This document shows, in pieces, positions 24,869 to 37,900 of a stretch of 64,000 bases of DNA (its first letter is position 1; each line of letters starts with the position of its first letter). Below the pieces are notes generated by a model that was not told where the DNA came from, did not search any database, and saw only the letters and a list, made by a program, of their open reading frames with translations. The stretch is from Gracilinanus agilis. Its lineage: Eukaryota. The stretch is from positions 85,812,946 through 85,876,945 of the forward strand of contig NC_058132.1 of assembly GCF_016433145.1 (NCBI RefSeq), read 5' to 3'. The translations under genes and the position numbers were made by a program.

Positions 24869-27800
24869 ATGGGGCCGGAGGTTAGGTGAGAATGGGGTTA
24901 GGGGCCGGGCTGGGTCAGGGGCGCAGGGAGGATTGCCCCTCTCCAGTACCCCCAACACCGCTCACTCCACCAACTCCACTGTTCCACAGCGTGCCCGGGC
25001 CTCTCCTCCTGCTGCTCGTCGCCCTGTGTGCCTGTGCCCGAGGCCTCGGCCCGGAGCCCGACCAGCTTTTCCAGTGAGTGCCCGCCCCCAGCTTCGTCCA
25101 GCCTCCCTGCTCCCCTTGCTCCCCCGAGACCACCTCTTAGATGACCAGCTTCTTTATAGTGGCTGGTTTGAGGAAAGTGCTTTAGGGATAATTAATTGTT
25201 ATTACCGCGAGTGCCTGACCCCTTCCCCTCCCCGCCAGCAATAGCTTTTTCCCAAGCTCCAACCCTTCATTCACCCCTAGAATTGCCCCATCAGCCCTTC
25301 TAGCGATCGGTCCTAGACTCCGAACTTCCACTGCCTTCTCCCCATCCCCCCCACCCCCTCGAGTAACCCGTGGCTTGAATCCCTGACTACCGGGTCTTTT
25401 GGAAGTCCCGAACCCCAACAACCGTAGGTTCCTTTCTCACATCACGCCAGCTCCGGTATAAGCCTCTAAATCCGAAGGGGAGCCACAGTTTCACACGCCC
25501 TTCCCCCTCCCCCAGGCCGCCGCCCGGCTGGGTGTCCCTGGGCCGTGTGGGTCCGGATGAATCGCTGAGCCTGACGTTCGCCCTGAAACAGCAGAACCTG
25601 CAACAACTGCAAAAGCTGGTGCAGGATGTATCGGACCCTGGCTCTCCCCGATACGGTGTGTGATGGGGGAGGTGGGGACAAGGCTACGTGCAGATGGCTG
25701 GAGTACTTTTCCGAGGAAAGCTTTCGGGTGCCCTGGGGGTGATTACATAGAGTGGGAGAAGGGGCCGCGCTGGGTAGTTTAGGCTCTGTATTAATTAACC
25801 CCTTCTTTCTCCAATCCCAGGGTTCTCAGCTACCCCCCATCCACCCTCCCACACACATTACACAAAGCTTCTAAAAACGTCATTACTTAACGAATGGGCT
25901 TATTTCAGTCTTTCGTTTGAATCTGGCTAATGAAGTTTTTGAATGTGATAAACAGACTTTTCTCCTGGATAAATCCTCTGCTCTTTTGGTTTTAGTGACA
26001 TTTGGCTCTCTGGACCACCCCTTCCTTTATTTCAAACCCTCTCTGACCAGCCTCTTAAATGATGTGTTCTCCCTATATGCAGCTGATTCCCAAGCTTAGC
26101 AATCCAGCCCCAGCCTCTGCCGAGGGCCAGTCCCACATTTCCAAACGCTGGCTGAGTGAAAACTTTGTGGAAGAGGTGGTATTTGAGAAAAAGAATGGGT
26201 AGGATTTGGGACAGCTACCAATTTGAGGGTATGAGAAAGGATAGTTACAAATTCCAGAAAAAAAGCACATCATGAGCAAAGGCACAAAAAATGTGCATGA
26301 TCTGTTCGTGGCTGGATGAGACTGTGGTATCATGGAAAAAACATTGGATTTGTAGACCAAATATCCGTAAGGGGCCTAGAAAAGAATTGCCTTGATTGGA
26401 GCAGCTAGGTGGCTCAGGGAATAGAGTGCCAAGTGTGGAGTAGGGAAGTCCTGAATTCAGAAACTTCCTAGCTGTGTGACACTGGGCAAATCCCTTAATA
26501 CCAGTTGCCTAGCCTTTACTGCTTTTCTGCCTTGAAACTAATACTTAATATCGATTTTAAGACAGAAGGTAAAGATTTTTTTAAAAGAGAGATTTGCTTG
26601 ATTCTAAGACAGAAGGAATTTTTAAAAAAATTGTGTTGACAAGACTTAATGAACGGAAATAGTCAAAATTATCAGCCCCAACAAAGAGGTCTATGATAAG
26701 CTAGCATCTTCCAGGAACTGGGACACTTTCAACCCTCAGGGTTCTCACTTGAAAGCTAGGGCTAGCCTCCAAATGCTGTACTCATAAGAAATTTACTGAA
26801 AATAATTATGGGTTCCTTCAACCCACCCTGCCTCTCTTCCCACCAGGGAAGTACCTGACTCTGGAAGATGTTGCTGCATTGGTCCGACCATCGATATTCA
26901 CTCTTAGCACTGTCCACAAATGGCTTCAAGCAGCTGGAGCCCAAGATTGCCAAACAGTGATCACAGAGGACTTCCTGACCTGCCAGATGACTGTCCAGTG
27001 AGTGGGAGCCTGGGATGAAGGAGGGATAAGGGGCTAAAAAGATTCTCCCTGCATTCCTGCTTCTTCTAGTAATCTCTGACTCCCAGCTCTATGACTTCTG
27101 ACCCCCAGGCAAGCAGAGCAGCTCCTTCCTGGGGCAGAGTTCCATCGCTTTGTTGGGAGATTGGGGGGAGGCCGTGTTGTGAGGTCCCCACGTCCATACA
27201 GCCTCCCAGGGGCCCTGGCTGCCCATGTGGATTTTGGTAAATGGTTTGAGGGAGACTGGAAATCGGGAAGGGAGGGAAATGGAGTCCTGCCTAGAAATTA
27301 ATTCCTTTTCCTTCCAATGCATAGTGGGTGGTCTTCACCGGTTCCCTCGAGCTTCTTCCCTACAGCAACGGCCGGGGCCAAAGCTGGATGTAGAGGACTC
27401 CCTAGGCCTGCACCTGGGAGTGACCCCATCTGTGATTCGTGAGAGATACAATTTAACCGCACAAGATGTGGGCTCTGGGTCTTCCAACAATAGCCAGGCC
27501 TGTGCCCAGGTGAACCCCTTCCCCCTATATATGAAATAGAATCCCCACTCCATTGAGAAGAGAAATTGACCTCTTTCTCCTTATGTCATCAGACTGACCC
27601 TGACCTTTCCCTCCCTATTGTTCTGTCCCCCTTCTCCCTCTAGTTCCTGGAGCAATACTTCCATGATGCTGACCTGGAAGAGTTCATGAAGCTCTTTGGG
27701 AAGAGCTTCCCTCACAAAGTTTCTGTCAGTCGAGTAGTTGGGCAGCAGGGGCATGGCCGAGCTGGTCTGGAAGCCAGTCTAGATGTGCAGTACCTCATGA

Positions 27801-30009
27801 GTGCTGGAGCCAACATCTCCACCTGGGTGTACAGCAGCCCTGGTATGCCACTCCTCCCAAGAATCCACCAAACCCAAGGATTCTCAAATTCATCCCTCTC
27901 CCAGAGATCCAAAATTTGAGAGTCCTCCTAAGAACCCTCCAAAAAAAGATTAAGAGATTGCTTCCAGAAACCCCCAACCCTAAGGAAGCCTTCCTTCTTT
28001 GGGGGCATGAAAGGTAACTGATGTGGTTGGCCCCCTAGGGTGGAATTAAGGGAAAAAAAGGTGATCCTCCTATCTCTGGTTCCCCTACCTGGGGTAGAGG
28101 GGAAGGTGACTGGAATATTCCTGACCTTCAGGCAGGCATGAGGCCCAGGAGCCTTTCTTGCAGTGGCTTCTCCTACTCAGTAATGAGTCTTCATTACCTT
28201 TGGTACATACCGTGAGCTATGGGGATGATGAGGACTCACTCAGTACCGCCTACCTCAACCGTGTCAACGCTGAGCTCATGAAGGCTGCTGCCCGAGGCCT
28301 CACTCTGCTCTTTGCCTCTGGTACTGATTCTCAAGACCCCTCTTCCTGATATAAGACCCTTCCCCCTGCACCCCCAAACCATTAACTATGATCCAGGACA
28401 GTGGATTCTTAACCCTGATCTCTTCCTGTAGGAGCTTCCTACCCCAAGCCAGGATTTCCCATCCAATACCAACTCCATACATGACCTTTCAATCCTTATC
28501 TCTAAGCTCCCTGTCTTCAGGTCTCTTCTTTAGGGAATCCCTCATTTTTCTTCCCTTCCCAAAACTCCTGACTTCAGAGACTGACCCCTGACCTATTTCC
28601 GTTCCTTCTATCAGGGGACAGTGGTGCCGGGTGTTTCTCTGGCCCAAAAGGCCACACGTTCCGTCCCAGCTTCCCAGCTTCCAGGTAACAATGACCTTCC
28701 TTCCCCCGTCATTTAATTACTTCTCTCCCAAGCCTAAAGCTTCAAACTGTAACACATTCTTAATGGTGACTTTTGAGACCCCTATGACTAACCTATGGCT
28801 TGGGACCAGTGGGACTGGCTAACCTTGGGGCCCTGTTTGCTTCTGCTGACCCAATCCCCAAATGCTAACCCTGTGACCTCTGTCTACAGCCCCTATGTTA
28901 CAACAGTGGGTGGGACCTCCTTCCAGAATCCCTTCAAGGTTACAGAGGAGATCGTGGACTACATCAGTGGTGGTGGCTTCAGTAACGTCTTCCCAAGGCC
29001 TCAGTACCAGGTGTGAGAGTGAAAATAGCCCCTCCTAGGTCCTAGGAGAGCACATTCCTAAACCCTGAGGAAGGACATGTCCCTTCCTGGTATTCCTGGT
29101 CCGAGAGATAATTTGATCTGGGCCTGGGAGAGGGAGGCTGGCCTCTAGAGTTCACATAACTATTCCTTCTTCCTCTTCAGGATGAAGCTGTGTCCCACTT
29201 TTTGGGCTCTTCCACCCATCTGCCTCCATCCCATTACTACAATGCAAGTGGCCGGGCCTATCCTGATGTGGCTGCACTCTCTGATGGCTACTGGGTGGTT
29301 AGCAACCACATGCCCATCCCCTGGGTGTCTGGCACTTCGGTGAGACCCTTAGTCTCTGTCTTTCTCCAGACCTTCCCCTATCCCAATTCTTACCCTGTAA
29401 GTGTCCAGTAACTCACTGAGATCCCATGGCCTTTTCTCCTGACTGCTAACCCTATGACATGCTTTTTTTCTTTAGGTCACACACTTTCCCTACTATTCAT
29501 TCTGTCAAGCAGAAAGGCATGCTGCTTTCCCCTGCTATCTCTAGTTCACACGTATCCTTTCCCCTTCCACAGGCATCAACCCCTGTATTTGGGGGACTCC
29601 TGTCCCTAGTGAATGAGCATCGACTTCTGAATGGCCGCCCCCCTCTTGGCTTCCTCAATCCTCGACTCTACTCAATGCAGGGCAGTGGCCTTTTTGATGT
29701 GAGTATTTTTTGGGAGGAAGGGGAGCAGGGAGGAAAGAAGGATAAAAGTGAAGGGGGAAATGGGTGAGGCAGAGAAGCCAGTGTTTGTAGGGAATATGGG
29801 AGGGTTGTTAGGCATTTAGGGGGTTTTGGACAGATCCTAAGATCTGACCCCTTCCCTTTTACCCACAGGTAACTCGAGGCTGCCATATGGCTTGCCTAGA
29901 TGATGTAGTAGAGGGTCAAGGTTTTTGTTCCAAGACTGGCTGGGATCCAGTCACAGGTTGGGGAACTCCCAACTACCCTGCCCTGTTGAAAGCACTGCTA
30001 GACCCTTGA
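24869..30009 (+). CDS. TPP1: Tripeptidyl-peptidase 1 (CLN2, sedolisin S53 family), 13 exons, 569 aa
   Basis: Exons 24869-24885, 24990-25073, 25516-25655, 26847-26997, 27109-27236, 27325-27509, 27644-27842, 28132-28320, 28615-28684, 28890-29010, 29181-29339, 29573-29698, 29869-30009; total 1710 nt. Signal peptide, EASLD (catalytic Glu/Asp), SGDSG, GTSAS (catalytic Ser) and [11 protein letters not shown] are all intact. Confidence 0.97.
25157..25298 (+). repeat. 142-bp dispersed duplication, copy A (TPP1 intron 2)
   Basis: 136/142 identical to 48230-48371, no indels, same orientation. Confidence 0.95.
26398..26580 (+). mobile_element. SINE (SINE1_Mdo/MAR1-like) in TPP1 intron 3
   Basis: GCAGCTAGGTGGCTCAG head, cttcctagctgtgtgac core, and an aagacagaaggtaa tail shared with the other copies. 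Confidence 0.75.
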
Positions 30010-30365
30010 AACCTGATCTTACCTTGCTCTGGAAAAATGATACCCTGTAAGACACCCTGCTGTTTGTTTTTTTTTTTTTTTATCCTTGTCCCCAGACACA
30101 GTTGTCATTTTCCAATCTCTCATCCTTACTACTAACACCAGTGATTGACTTCTGCAACAATAATCCTATAACTTCCTCACCCAGTATTTTCAGGACTTAA
30201 TTCTTCCCCTTTAATGGTTCCTATTTCTTCAATTTCCCCTGCAAAGCTGTTGAAGCCAAATCTGCCTTAAGCAGTCAGAGGCAGGCAGATGTCCTCATCC
30301 ATTGAAGTGCTTCTCTTTCCCTCATGTACATTTACACTCTGCTAACCACTGTCTATTTGTACAAA

Positions 30366-30371
30366 AATAAA
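30366..30371 (+). terminator. Probable TPP1 poly(A) signal
   Basis: AATAAA ~360 nt after the stop codon, preceded by tatttgtac. Confidence 0.65.
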
Positions 30372-32339
30372 GCCCATGCTCTTGTTCCCTCCCACCTTTT
30401 GAGTTGCTTGAGAGCCAGAAGGGGGGGCATGGTTTCTCTAGTTTTCAGAGACCAAGGCTAGGGGCCCTGACCCATGGACCTACATACCCTACAGGTTAAT
30501 TTGTTAAATATCTGAAAGACTCAGTCATTTGTCTTATTTCAGAGAAGAAAATTGAGACTTAAAAAGGGGAGAGGATTTGCCCAAGTTCTTCTCAAAGTCA
30601 TACATATATACTCTAGCATATAGTCACCAAAACATGCTCACATAGAGGCACTCTGTCAGACAAGACCCTATGTCCCATCAAACTCTCAGGGATGTGAGTT
30701 AGGATCCACTGACTCTAGGTCCTCCCTTTCATTTAACTCATTCCCATAATGACATTACAGGGTAGATCAGTGGGTGCTGATCCTTACTTCCTTGACATTT
30801 GCTGGGTCAGAATGAGTCCTTGAGATCATCAAATAAAAATTTTTATTGCTTGTAACTCCAGGAAAGAAAAGAGCATAAATGGGGAAGCCTTGAACCTTTT
30901 ATCTTGCTTTTTAAAAACTTTTGACTAGGGCAGGCTGAAGCTAGGCTTGGTTGCAAGGAAATGGAAGGAGTGTCACCGATGCAATCATCTTTCTCCCTGT
31001 GAGTAGTAAATACACAATTTGAAAATTTTATTATCTGTGTAGAACCCTGGAGCACTGGAGGGAAATATACTAGCAAGAACAGTATACAAGTTTAAATGAG
31101 AGATGATCCCTAACCATATAGAGATTATAGTGGAATTAGACAAATATAATATCCACTTGTATGACAAGAGCATTAGAATCTTTAAAAGTCTCTATATCAT
31201 CTGTGATGAGTCATCCATCCTAAATAATTCACAATTTTATAGCACTTTACAATAACACTGTAAGGTAGGTAGTAGTATTTTACAAATAGGCTTAAACAGA
31301 ACTTGGTTTTCCTAGGACAAATAGCTAGTTGATATTGGAACTGGGATTAGAACCATTTCTCCTGCAAGTCCATCCAACACTTTCCCACCGCTTCCAGTTT
31401 TCACTGGAAGACCTCCAGGGAAGAGGTACTGACCACTACTGAAGGAAGCTGCTTCAGTCAGTTTGTGAGGGGAAATAAAGACTAAGTCTGAGGAGAAGAT
31501 ATTCTCAGGGAAAATGTCATACCCAGGCATAAATGAGAAAAAATGCCTCTGACTTCAGAGGTAGAAAGCCACCTCTAGAAGAAAGGAATTTTGGCCACTT
31601 AAAAAGAGACCATCTAAGAAATCCATGAAAGAAAAAGCAAAGATGGAGGGCGAACATTGCCCAGATAAAGAGATGTAATATTTGGGTGGGCAAGCCAATG
31701 AATTTAACATAAGAAGGTAAACGGTATTAGAGAAATGACAAAAGTAGAAGGAATTGGCAATTTCTGCATACTGAAGGAATGTCTAACATACATGTTACCG
31801 TTTTGTAAAAATGTAGATGATCAATAAAATAAAAATTCCATTAAAGAGTATTGTTGAATTTAGCAGCCATTTGTTGTCATCGGGTTTTTTTGTTTGTTTG
31901 TTTTTTATCACACAGATTGGCAGAGCACATACTGGGTAGGGGCACGAGATTTTTGAGTATTATATTTGGAAGGGGAGTGTCCTGAGGCTAGGGATCCCCA
32001 ATTCTTCCATAGTTCTTTCAGACTCCAAAGGCTATGGATTTCTAAGCGTCTTTGGCTGTAAAAGGACGTACCTCCATCTTCCCAGAGTTCAGTCATTGGC
32101 GTACTGCAGAAAGAAGCCTAAGAGGAGGTCATCTAGCCCTAACGAAGGCCCGCCGAGGTTAATTAAATACACAGTCGTCTACCACCCAATAAGCAACAGA
32201 TGAACTTGGAAAAAAAAACCGCTCTTGGGGGGCCTTGCGGTGGTTCGGCATCCCAAAGGGATATGAGGAGAGAGCCCAAGGCGGGTTCTCAATTCTCCTC
32301 AGAGTAACTGAAGCGCTTAGGAAAGTTCACAGTCAACTG

Positions 32340-32670
32340 AATGCAAACTGGATGGTTTCCATAGCAATCCAGATTTTTTTTTTTTTTAATTTTTAACGAA
32401 CCCTCTAGCCTCTGGCAGCTCTATGCTCTGGGTGGGAGGAGCGAAAAAAGCCGCGCCTAGTAAGAGCTAGTGGGAAACTCGGACAGGCCATTGGATACTG
32501 CGTCGCTATTGCGAGGGTAGGATGGGAGGGTGTGGCTTGAGCCGGAAGTAGGCGGAAGTCTCTTGAAGGGAGCGGAAAAACCGTGAGCGGAAACGGAAAC
32601 GGAAGTGGCTCTGTCCTCCTAGTTCTCGGTCCCGGGTCCCTTCCCTGTTCCCCGCCTCCTGCCCGGCGCC
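32340..32670 (+). promoter_or_regulatory. TAF10 CpG-island promoter with an ETS/GABP cluster and an RFX X-box
   Basis: CCGGAAGT 32542-32549, GCGGAAGT 32552-32559, CGGAAACGGAAACGGAAGTG 32588-32607; GTTTCCATAGCAAT 32355-32368. Confidence 0.7.
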
Positions 32671-34631
32671 ATGAGTGGCAGCGGCGCGGACCCCGAGGCG
32701 GTCCCGGCCCCTGCTCCTGCCCCGCCGGGCCCGGCCCCGACTCCCACCCCAACCCCTGCTCCAGCCCCGACCCCAGCACCGGCTCCCGCTCCCACCCCAG
32801 CCGAAAGCAAGGCCAGTCCCGCAGGAGGCGCCGGCCCCGGCCGGGGGGACACATCCGACCGCCGGGCCTCGGGTGAGCGGGGAGCGCGGGGGTAGCGAAC
32901 CAGGGCCCGTACAGGTTGAGGAGCCCTGGAGGGAACTGGGGCTCTCACGTGGGAGGCTCAGCTTGAGGCATCGGCATCTTGAAAAATCGTTCTGACAGAA
33001 GCAAAACTGCCCTACGATGGAGGGCTCCCCCTCCCTGGAAGTCTACAAAGGGAAGCTGGATGACCACGAGCCATCGTAGAAGAGATGCTTGCTCAGAGGG
33101 GACTGACTGGATAGCGACTGAGGTCTCCTGGAGCCCTTGAGTCTCTGAAAGATCTTCAAGGGGCGGGGTGGGTGGGACAGTGATCCTTAAGGGAGCAGGT
33201 GGAACGAGAGAATTCAGGGTGAGGAGCTGGAGAGGACCGAGTGTTACGGGCTTCCACATCAACCAGGACCACATCGTTAGGCGGGAGCAGGGCCTACTTT
33301 TGAACTCCACGCCGACCTTCTGGCCAAATATTCTACCCCTCCTACCCCCAATCTTCATTTGAAATTCCTGTTCTCTGTCCTTTACTAGTCCCAGTATCTG
33401 CAGCTGGGGGTACCGCCCCTCCTGAAGGTGCCATGTCTAATGGGGTTTATGTGCTACCCGGTGCTGCCAATGGAGAGGTCAAGCCTGTTGTGTCTAGCAC
33501 ACCCCTGGTGGACTTTCTCATGCAGTTGGAAGACTACACACCTACCGTATGTATTATCATTCTGCCATTTGCTAGTTAATTTTATTTAGCGAGGAGAATC
33601 ACATTTCCACATAGACTGTAAAATATTTGATGATCAGAACAAAAATCTTGTCTTCTCCACCTCAAATGGGCTATCTCCTATAGTAAAGCCAGATTCTCCC
33701 AGAGGTGCTAATTTCCTTTAAGGTTCATTTAAAGTGCTATACCTCCTATGTGAAACTTTTCCTGATTATTATCCCACAGCTCCCCAAAATGCCTTTTTTA
33801 AAATCTATAGATATGTATGCATACATACATTCTCCCCTCTCTCCTTAGATCATAAGCTCTTTGAAGTGGAGTAGTTTTGTTTTTGTCTTTGTATCCCAAG
33901 TGCCTAGCATTATGCCTGATAATAGTATATTCTTCATGACTGATTAAAGATTTGTTGCATTCTCAGATTCCAGATGCTGTTACTGGCTACTACCTGAACC
34001 GTGCTGGTTTTGAAGCTTCTGATCCCAGAATGTAAGTGATTTGGGATAGGAAAGCCAGTGTCCAACATCTAGTGGGCATCTCTGGCTCCTTCCTTTATAC
34101 CAAGGACCATCTTCTTTTAGAGGGAGGGCTAGTTTTATCTCCACATGCCAACTCCTTCTACCTTCCCAGTGTCCGGCTCATCTCCCTGGCAGCCCAGAAG
34201 TTCATCTCTGACATCGCCAATGATGCCCTACAGCACTGCAAGATGAAGGGCACTGCCTCAGGCAGTTCCAGAAGCAAGAGCAAAGTAAGTATATTAGTCC
34301 TAGGCTGGTCATATGATAAATGCTTTTCTTGGGGCTTAGTGGCATGTAGAACTTCAAAAACTTTTAACTGATGGAGCCTCCTTAATGATGTAAAAGCTGC
34401 AGGGATTATGAGCCCCATTTTATACACACAGAAACTCAGTTCAAATTGGTTAAGTGACTTGCCTCAGGACACGTTAGTATTAGTGCAAAAACCAAGACTA
34501 GCTCTGTGGCTCATACTGGCTCTTTCAACTTTCTTTCCTAGGACCGCAAGTATACTCTGACCATGGAAGACCTGACCCCTGCACTCAGCGAGTATGGCAT
34601 TAATGTCAAGAAGCCACATTATTTCACCTAA
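32671..34631 (+). CDS. TAF10: TATA-box binding protein associated factor 10, 5 exons, ~209 aa
   Basis: Exons 32671-32872, 33389-33546, 33967-34031, 34170-34284, 34542-34631. MSGSGADPEA start; histone-fold region [62 protein letters not shown]; C-terminus TLTMEDLTPALSEYGINVKKPHYFT*. The exon 2 acceptor is ambiguous among three in-frame AGs. Confidence 0.96.
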
Positions 34632-34727
34632 GCCCACCTCTTCCCCGGCTGGCCGGGATGTGTGGGTGTGTATACATTTATCCCATTTCCTGCCTCCCCA
34701 CCCACCCCCACACCAGCCTGTTTTCAT

Positions 34728-34741
34728 AATAAACCTTTATT
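34728..34741. terminator. Back-to-back poly(A) signals: TAF10 (+, 34728-34733) and ILK (-, 34736-34741)
   Basis: AATAAACCTTTATT lies between the convergent stop codons (34631 and 34995). Confidence 0.85.
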
Positions 34742-34994
34742 GTGACTGAGGCAGGCGGCTGCTCCTCCCACATTGGGGAGACAGTGGTGGGGCTTGGCGT
34801 GGTGTGAGACAAAGCTGAGCCTACCCCCACCCCACCTCCAAGGTTGGCAGATAGGGCTGGGGGAGGAGGGAGTAGCCCCTGAAGCTGGGTGGGGCTGAGT
34901 TGGCTGTACCGTTGCCAGGGGAGGGAAGGGCCCTGGGTTCTGCTGCTGATGGGAAGGGGGTATAGGTTCCCCCTCTCATCACCCCCATAAGGCT

Positions 34995-37900
34995 CTATTT
35001 GTCCTGCATCTTTTCCAGGATGGGCACAATCATATCAAACTTGGGCCTCTTGGCTGGGTCCTCATTCATGCAGATCTTCATGAGCTTACACACATGTGGG
35101 GAGATACCTGGAGGAATAGTGGGGCGAAGGCCTTCCAGGGCAACCTACAAGCAAGAATCCCCAGGTTCAGGACCCCTCTTCAACCCTTAAATCTGGCTCC
35201 ACCCTTCCCCCAACCCCCATATGTCCACTGCATCCTCCAGACCTTCATGCCAATTTCCATGTTGGAGAGGTCAGCAAATGGTACCTCCCTTGTCACTAGT
35301 TCCCACAACAGCACAGCAAAACTCCACATGTCTGCAGAACGACGATTAATTTCCTCTGGCTTCTTCTGCAGGGCTGGGTCAGGGGGAGAGGATTGGGTTG
35401 AAAACGGATTGTTTCTCTGTCACCCCACCATCACCTCCCAATCAAATCTCTTTTCTGCCTTCATCATCCCCTACCCTCAGGAGCCACCCAGGCAGGGGCA
35501 TACATGCGCCCTGGACACTGGAAGGAGAATTTCACATCAGCCATGCTGATACGGGCAGTCATATCCTCGTCAATCTGTGGGGGAAAGACAGAAGGCTGGT
35601 TGTAATAGGGATCTGTTCAAATGACAGCTGGATTAGCCACCTTGGGTGCATTCCAGACTCAAGTCTCACCATGACACTTCGGCTGTTGAGGGCATGCCGG
35701 GGTATGAGGGGCTCTAGTGTATGTAGGAAAGCCATGCCCCGTGCCATGTCCAGAGCAAACTTGACAGCTTGGGTCTGGTCAACAACAAAATCTAGGGGAA
35801 AGAAAGTCCAGAGAAGGAGAAAGGAGTTATTCTATGTGTGATCCCAGCAGCCCCTCTGCCTTAGGCCAGACAGTTGGTTTTAGGCTACTATTCCTGCCCC
35901 CACCCTCTAGTGTCCAAAAACTACTCCCAGCCTTTTCTGCGCATGAAGACACAACTCACTGGTCCCTTCATGAAGTACGTTGTAGAGGGAGCCATAAGGC
36001 ATCCAGTGGGTGATGAGAACAGGGTGAGGGGCAGGGGGTGCCTGGCAGGCTCCCAACACGGGCAGCACATTAGGGTGGGAGAAAATCCTGCAAAGACAAG
36101 ACAGAACTTGAATGCTGCTCTGTTCTTTTAAGATCCCCAACCTCCCCATGCACCCAAGTCCCCCACCTCAGCTTGGGATACTCCTCATTAAAGTCTCTGC
36201 TCTTCCTTGTACTCCAGTCACGGATCTTCAACATCTTGATGACGATATCATTCCCTTGCCATCGACCCTTCCACAGCTGGGTTGGGACAGGCAGGATCAG
36301 ATTAGGGATTGGGGCCAGGTAGGATAAAACAACAGAATTTGGAGCTGGAAGGGACCTCAGATCACCTAATCTTACCCCTTTGACTGTACAGATAAAACTA
36401 AGACCTAGAGAGATCAAGAAACTTACTCATACAGCAAATAATAAGTAGCAAAGCTGGACTCAAACCCAGGTTCTCTCCAAAATCAGTGCTTTTTTTCCAC
36501 TATGCAATGAGCTAAACAGAGGAATGATTAGAGGGGCAGGAGTGAAGCACAACAAGAGGGATTATTGGCATGGCTGGGAGTTTTAGGGTAGGCAGGACAG
36601 AGTTAGGAGGCCAAGGCTAAGGCAGTTAGGGGATCTGGGCTTGAAACTAAGGGGTTCTTAAGGGTCTACAGGTCACCTCTCCTGACTGGTTCTCGTTGAG
36701 TTTCACCACCAGGTTGAGCTGCTTGAAGTCGATGCCTGAGTGTTTATTCAGGGTGCCGTTCCCTGAGAGGAGTGGGGTGTTAGACAGGGGAGGTATATAG
36801 GGTCTGTTCCCTGAAGGGAGATGGGAGTGGGGGTAGGTGTCCAGGGGCAGCCCCTTAGAGGATAATGGAGTTGGGGGAGGTATGGAGAAGGCTTTTGATA
36901 GTGGAGGTGTTTTCAGGGTTGTCCACCAAGTAGTAGAATGTTAAGGGAGGCATGTAAAGAGTTGGGTGTAAAAAGAGTATTAAGCTACTGCAAACTCACG
37001 GGGCCGTGTGCGTGTTGTCCCTTTCCAGAATGTGTCTTTGTATGGGATACGGCCCATCGGCTGGCCCAGTTTCTCTGCCCGTTCTGAGAAAAGTAGAGGG
37101 GCACAATGATTAGGAAAACAGCCTGAATCTCTTCCCTCCCCTCATTACACAATCTCATAGAGAGAGGAAGATCTTGGGTATCAGAGGACTTGAAGCTCAC
37201 CTCGCAGGCTCTCTCGAAGTGGGGCTTTCGCTTTGTCCACTGGCATCTCCCCATACTTGTTACAAATGCTGATAAGTGCTCCACCAGCTACAAGGTCCTG
37301 GGGAAGGGAAGGACTGACCATAGCAGGCCATTTCCTGCCTCTACAATGAGCAATCTAAGTTCATACTGTTCACTTTCTCCTACAACTCCATTTGTATATT
37401 AGACATCTGATTCCCAGAAAAACGAGTAGAGGAGCACTCACCTCTGCCACTTGATCCTGACCCCAGAAGCAGGCATAATGAAGGGGGACATTCCCATGCT
37501 CGTTCACCGCATTTATGTCAGCCTTATATTGAAGCAACTGGGAATAAAGAGAAAGGACATCTGTCAACTGGATGATGAGAGGGAGTTCTTAATTTCTAAG
37601 TACTGGCAGGTAGATGTGCCAAGGCCAAACCCAGGATTCCTACTTTTCCTTTTCTAGCAACTCTAAACAATCCATCTCATCTAGACAATAAAAGGAAAGA
37701 GAGGAGAAAGATTGCTTACTTTCTGCACAATGTCCCGGTGCCCATGGCTGGCTGCTAGGTGGAGTGGGGTATCATCACCCCTGTTCATTACATTGATTCG
37801 GGCCCCTCTCATGATCAGCATTTCAACTACTGCTGTTCGGCCTTCTCGGCAGGCCCAGTGTAAAGGAGAGAAACCATGGTCATCCCTAGAAGGTGAAACA

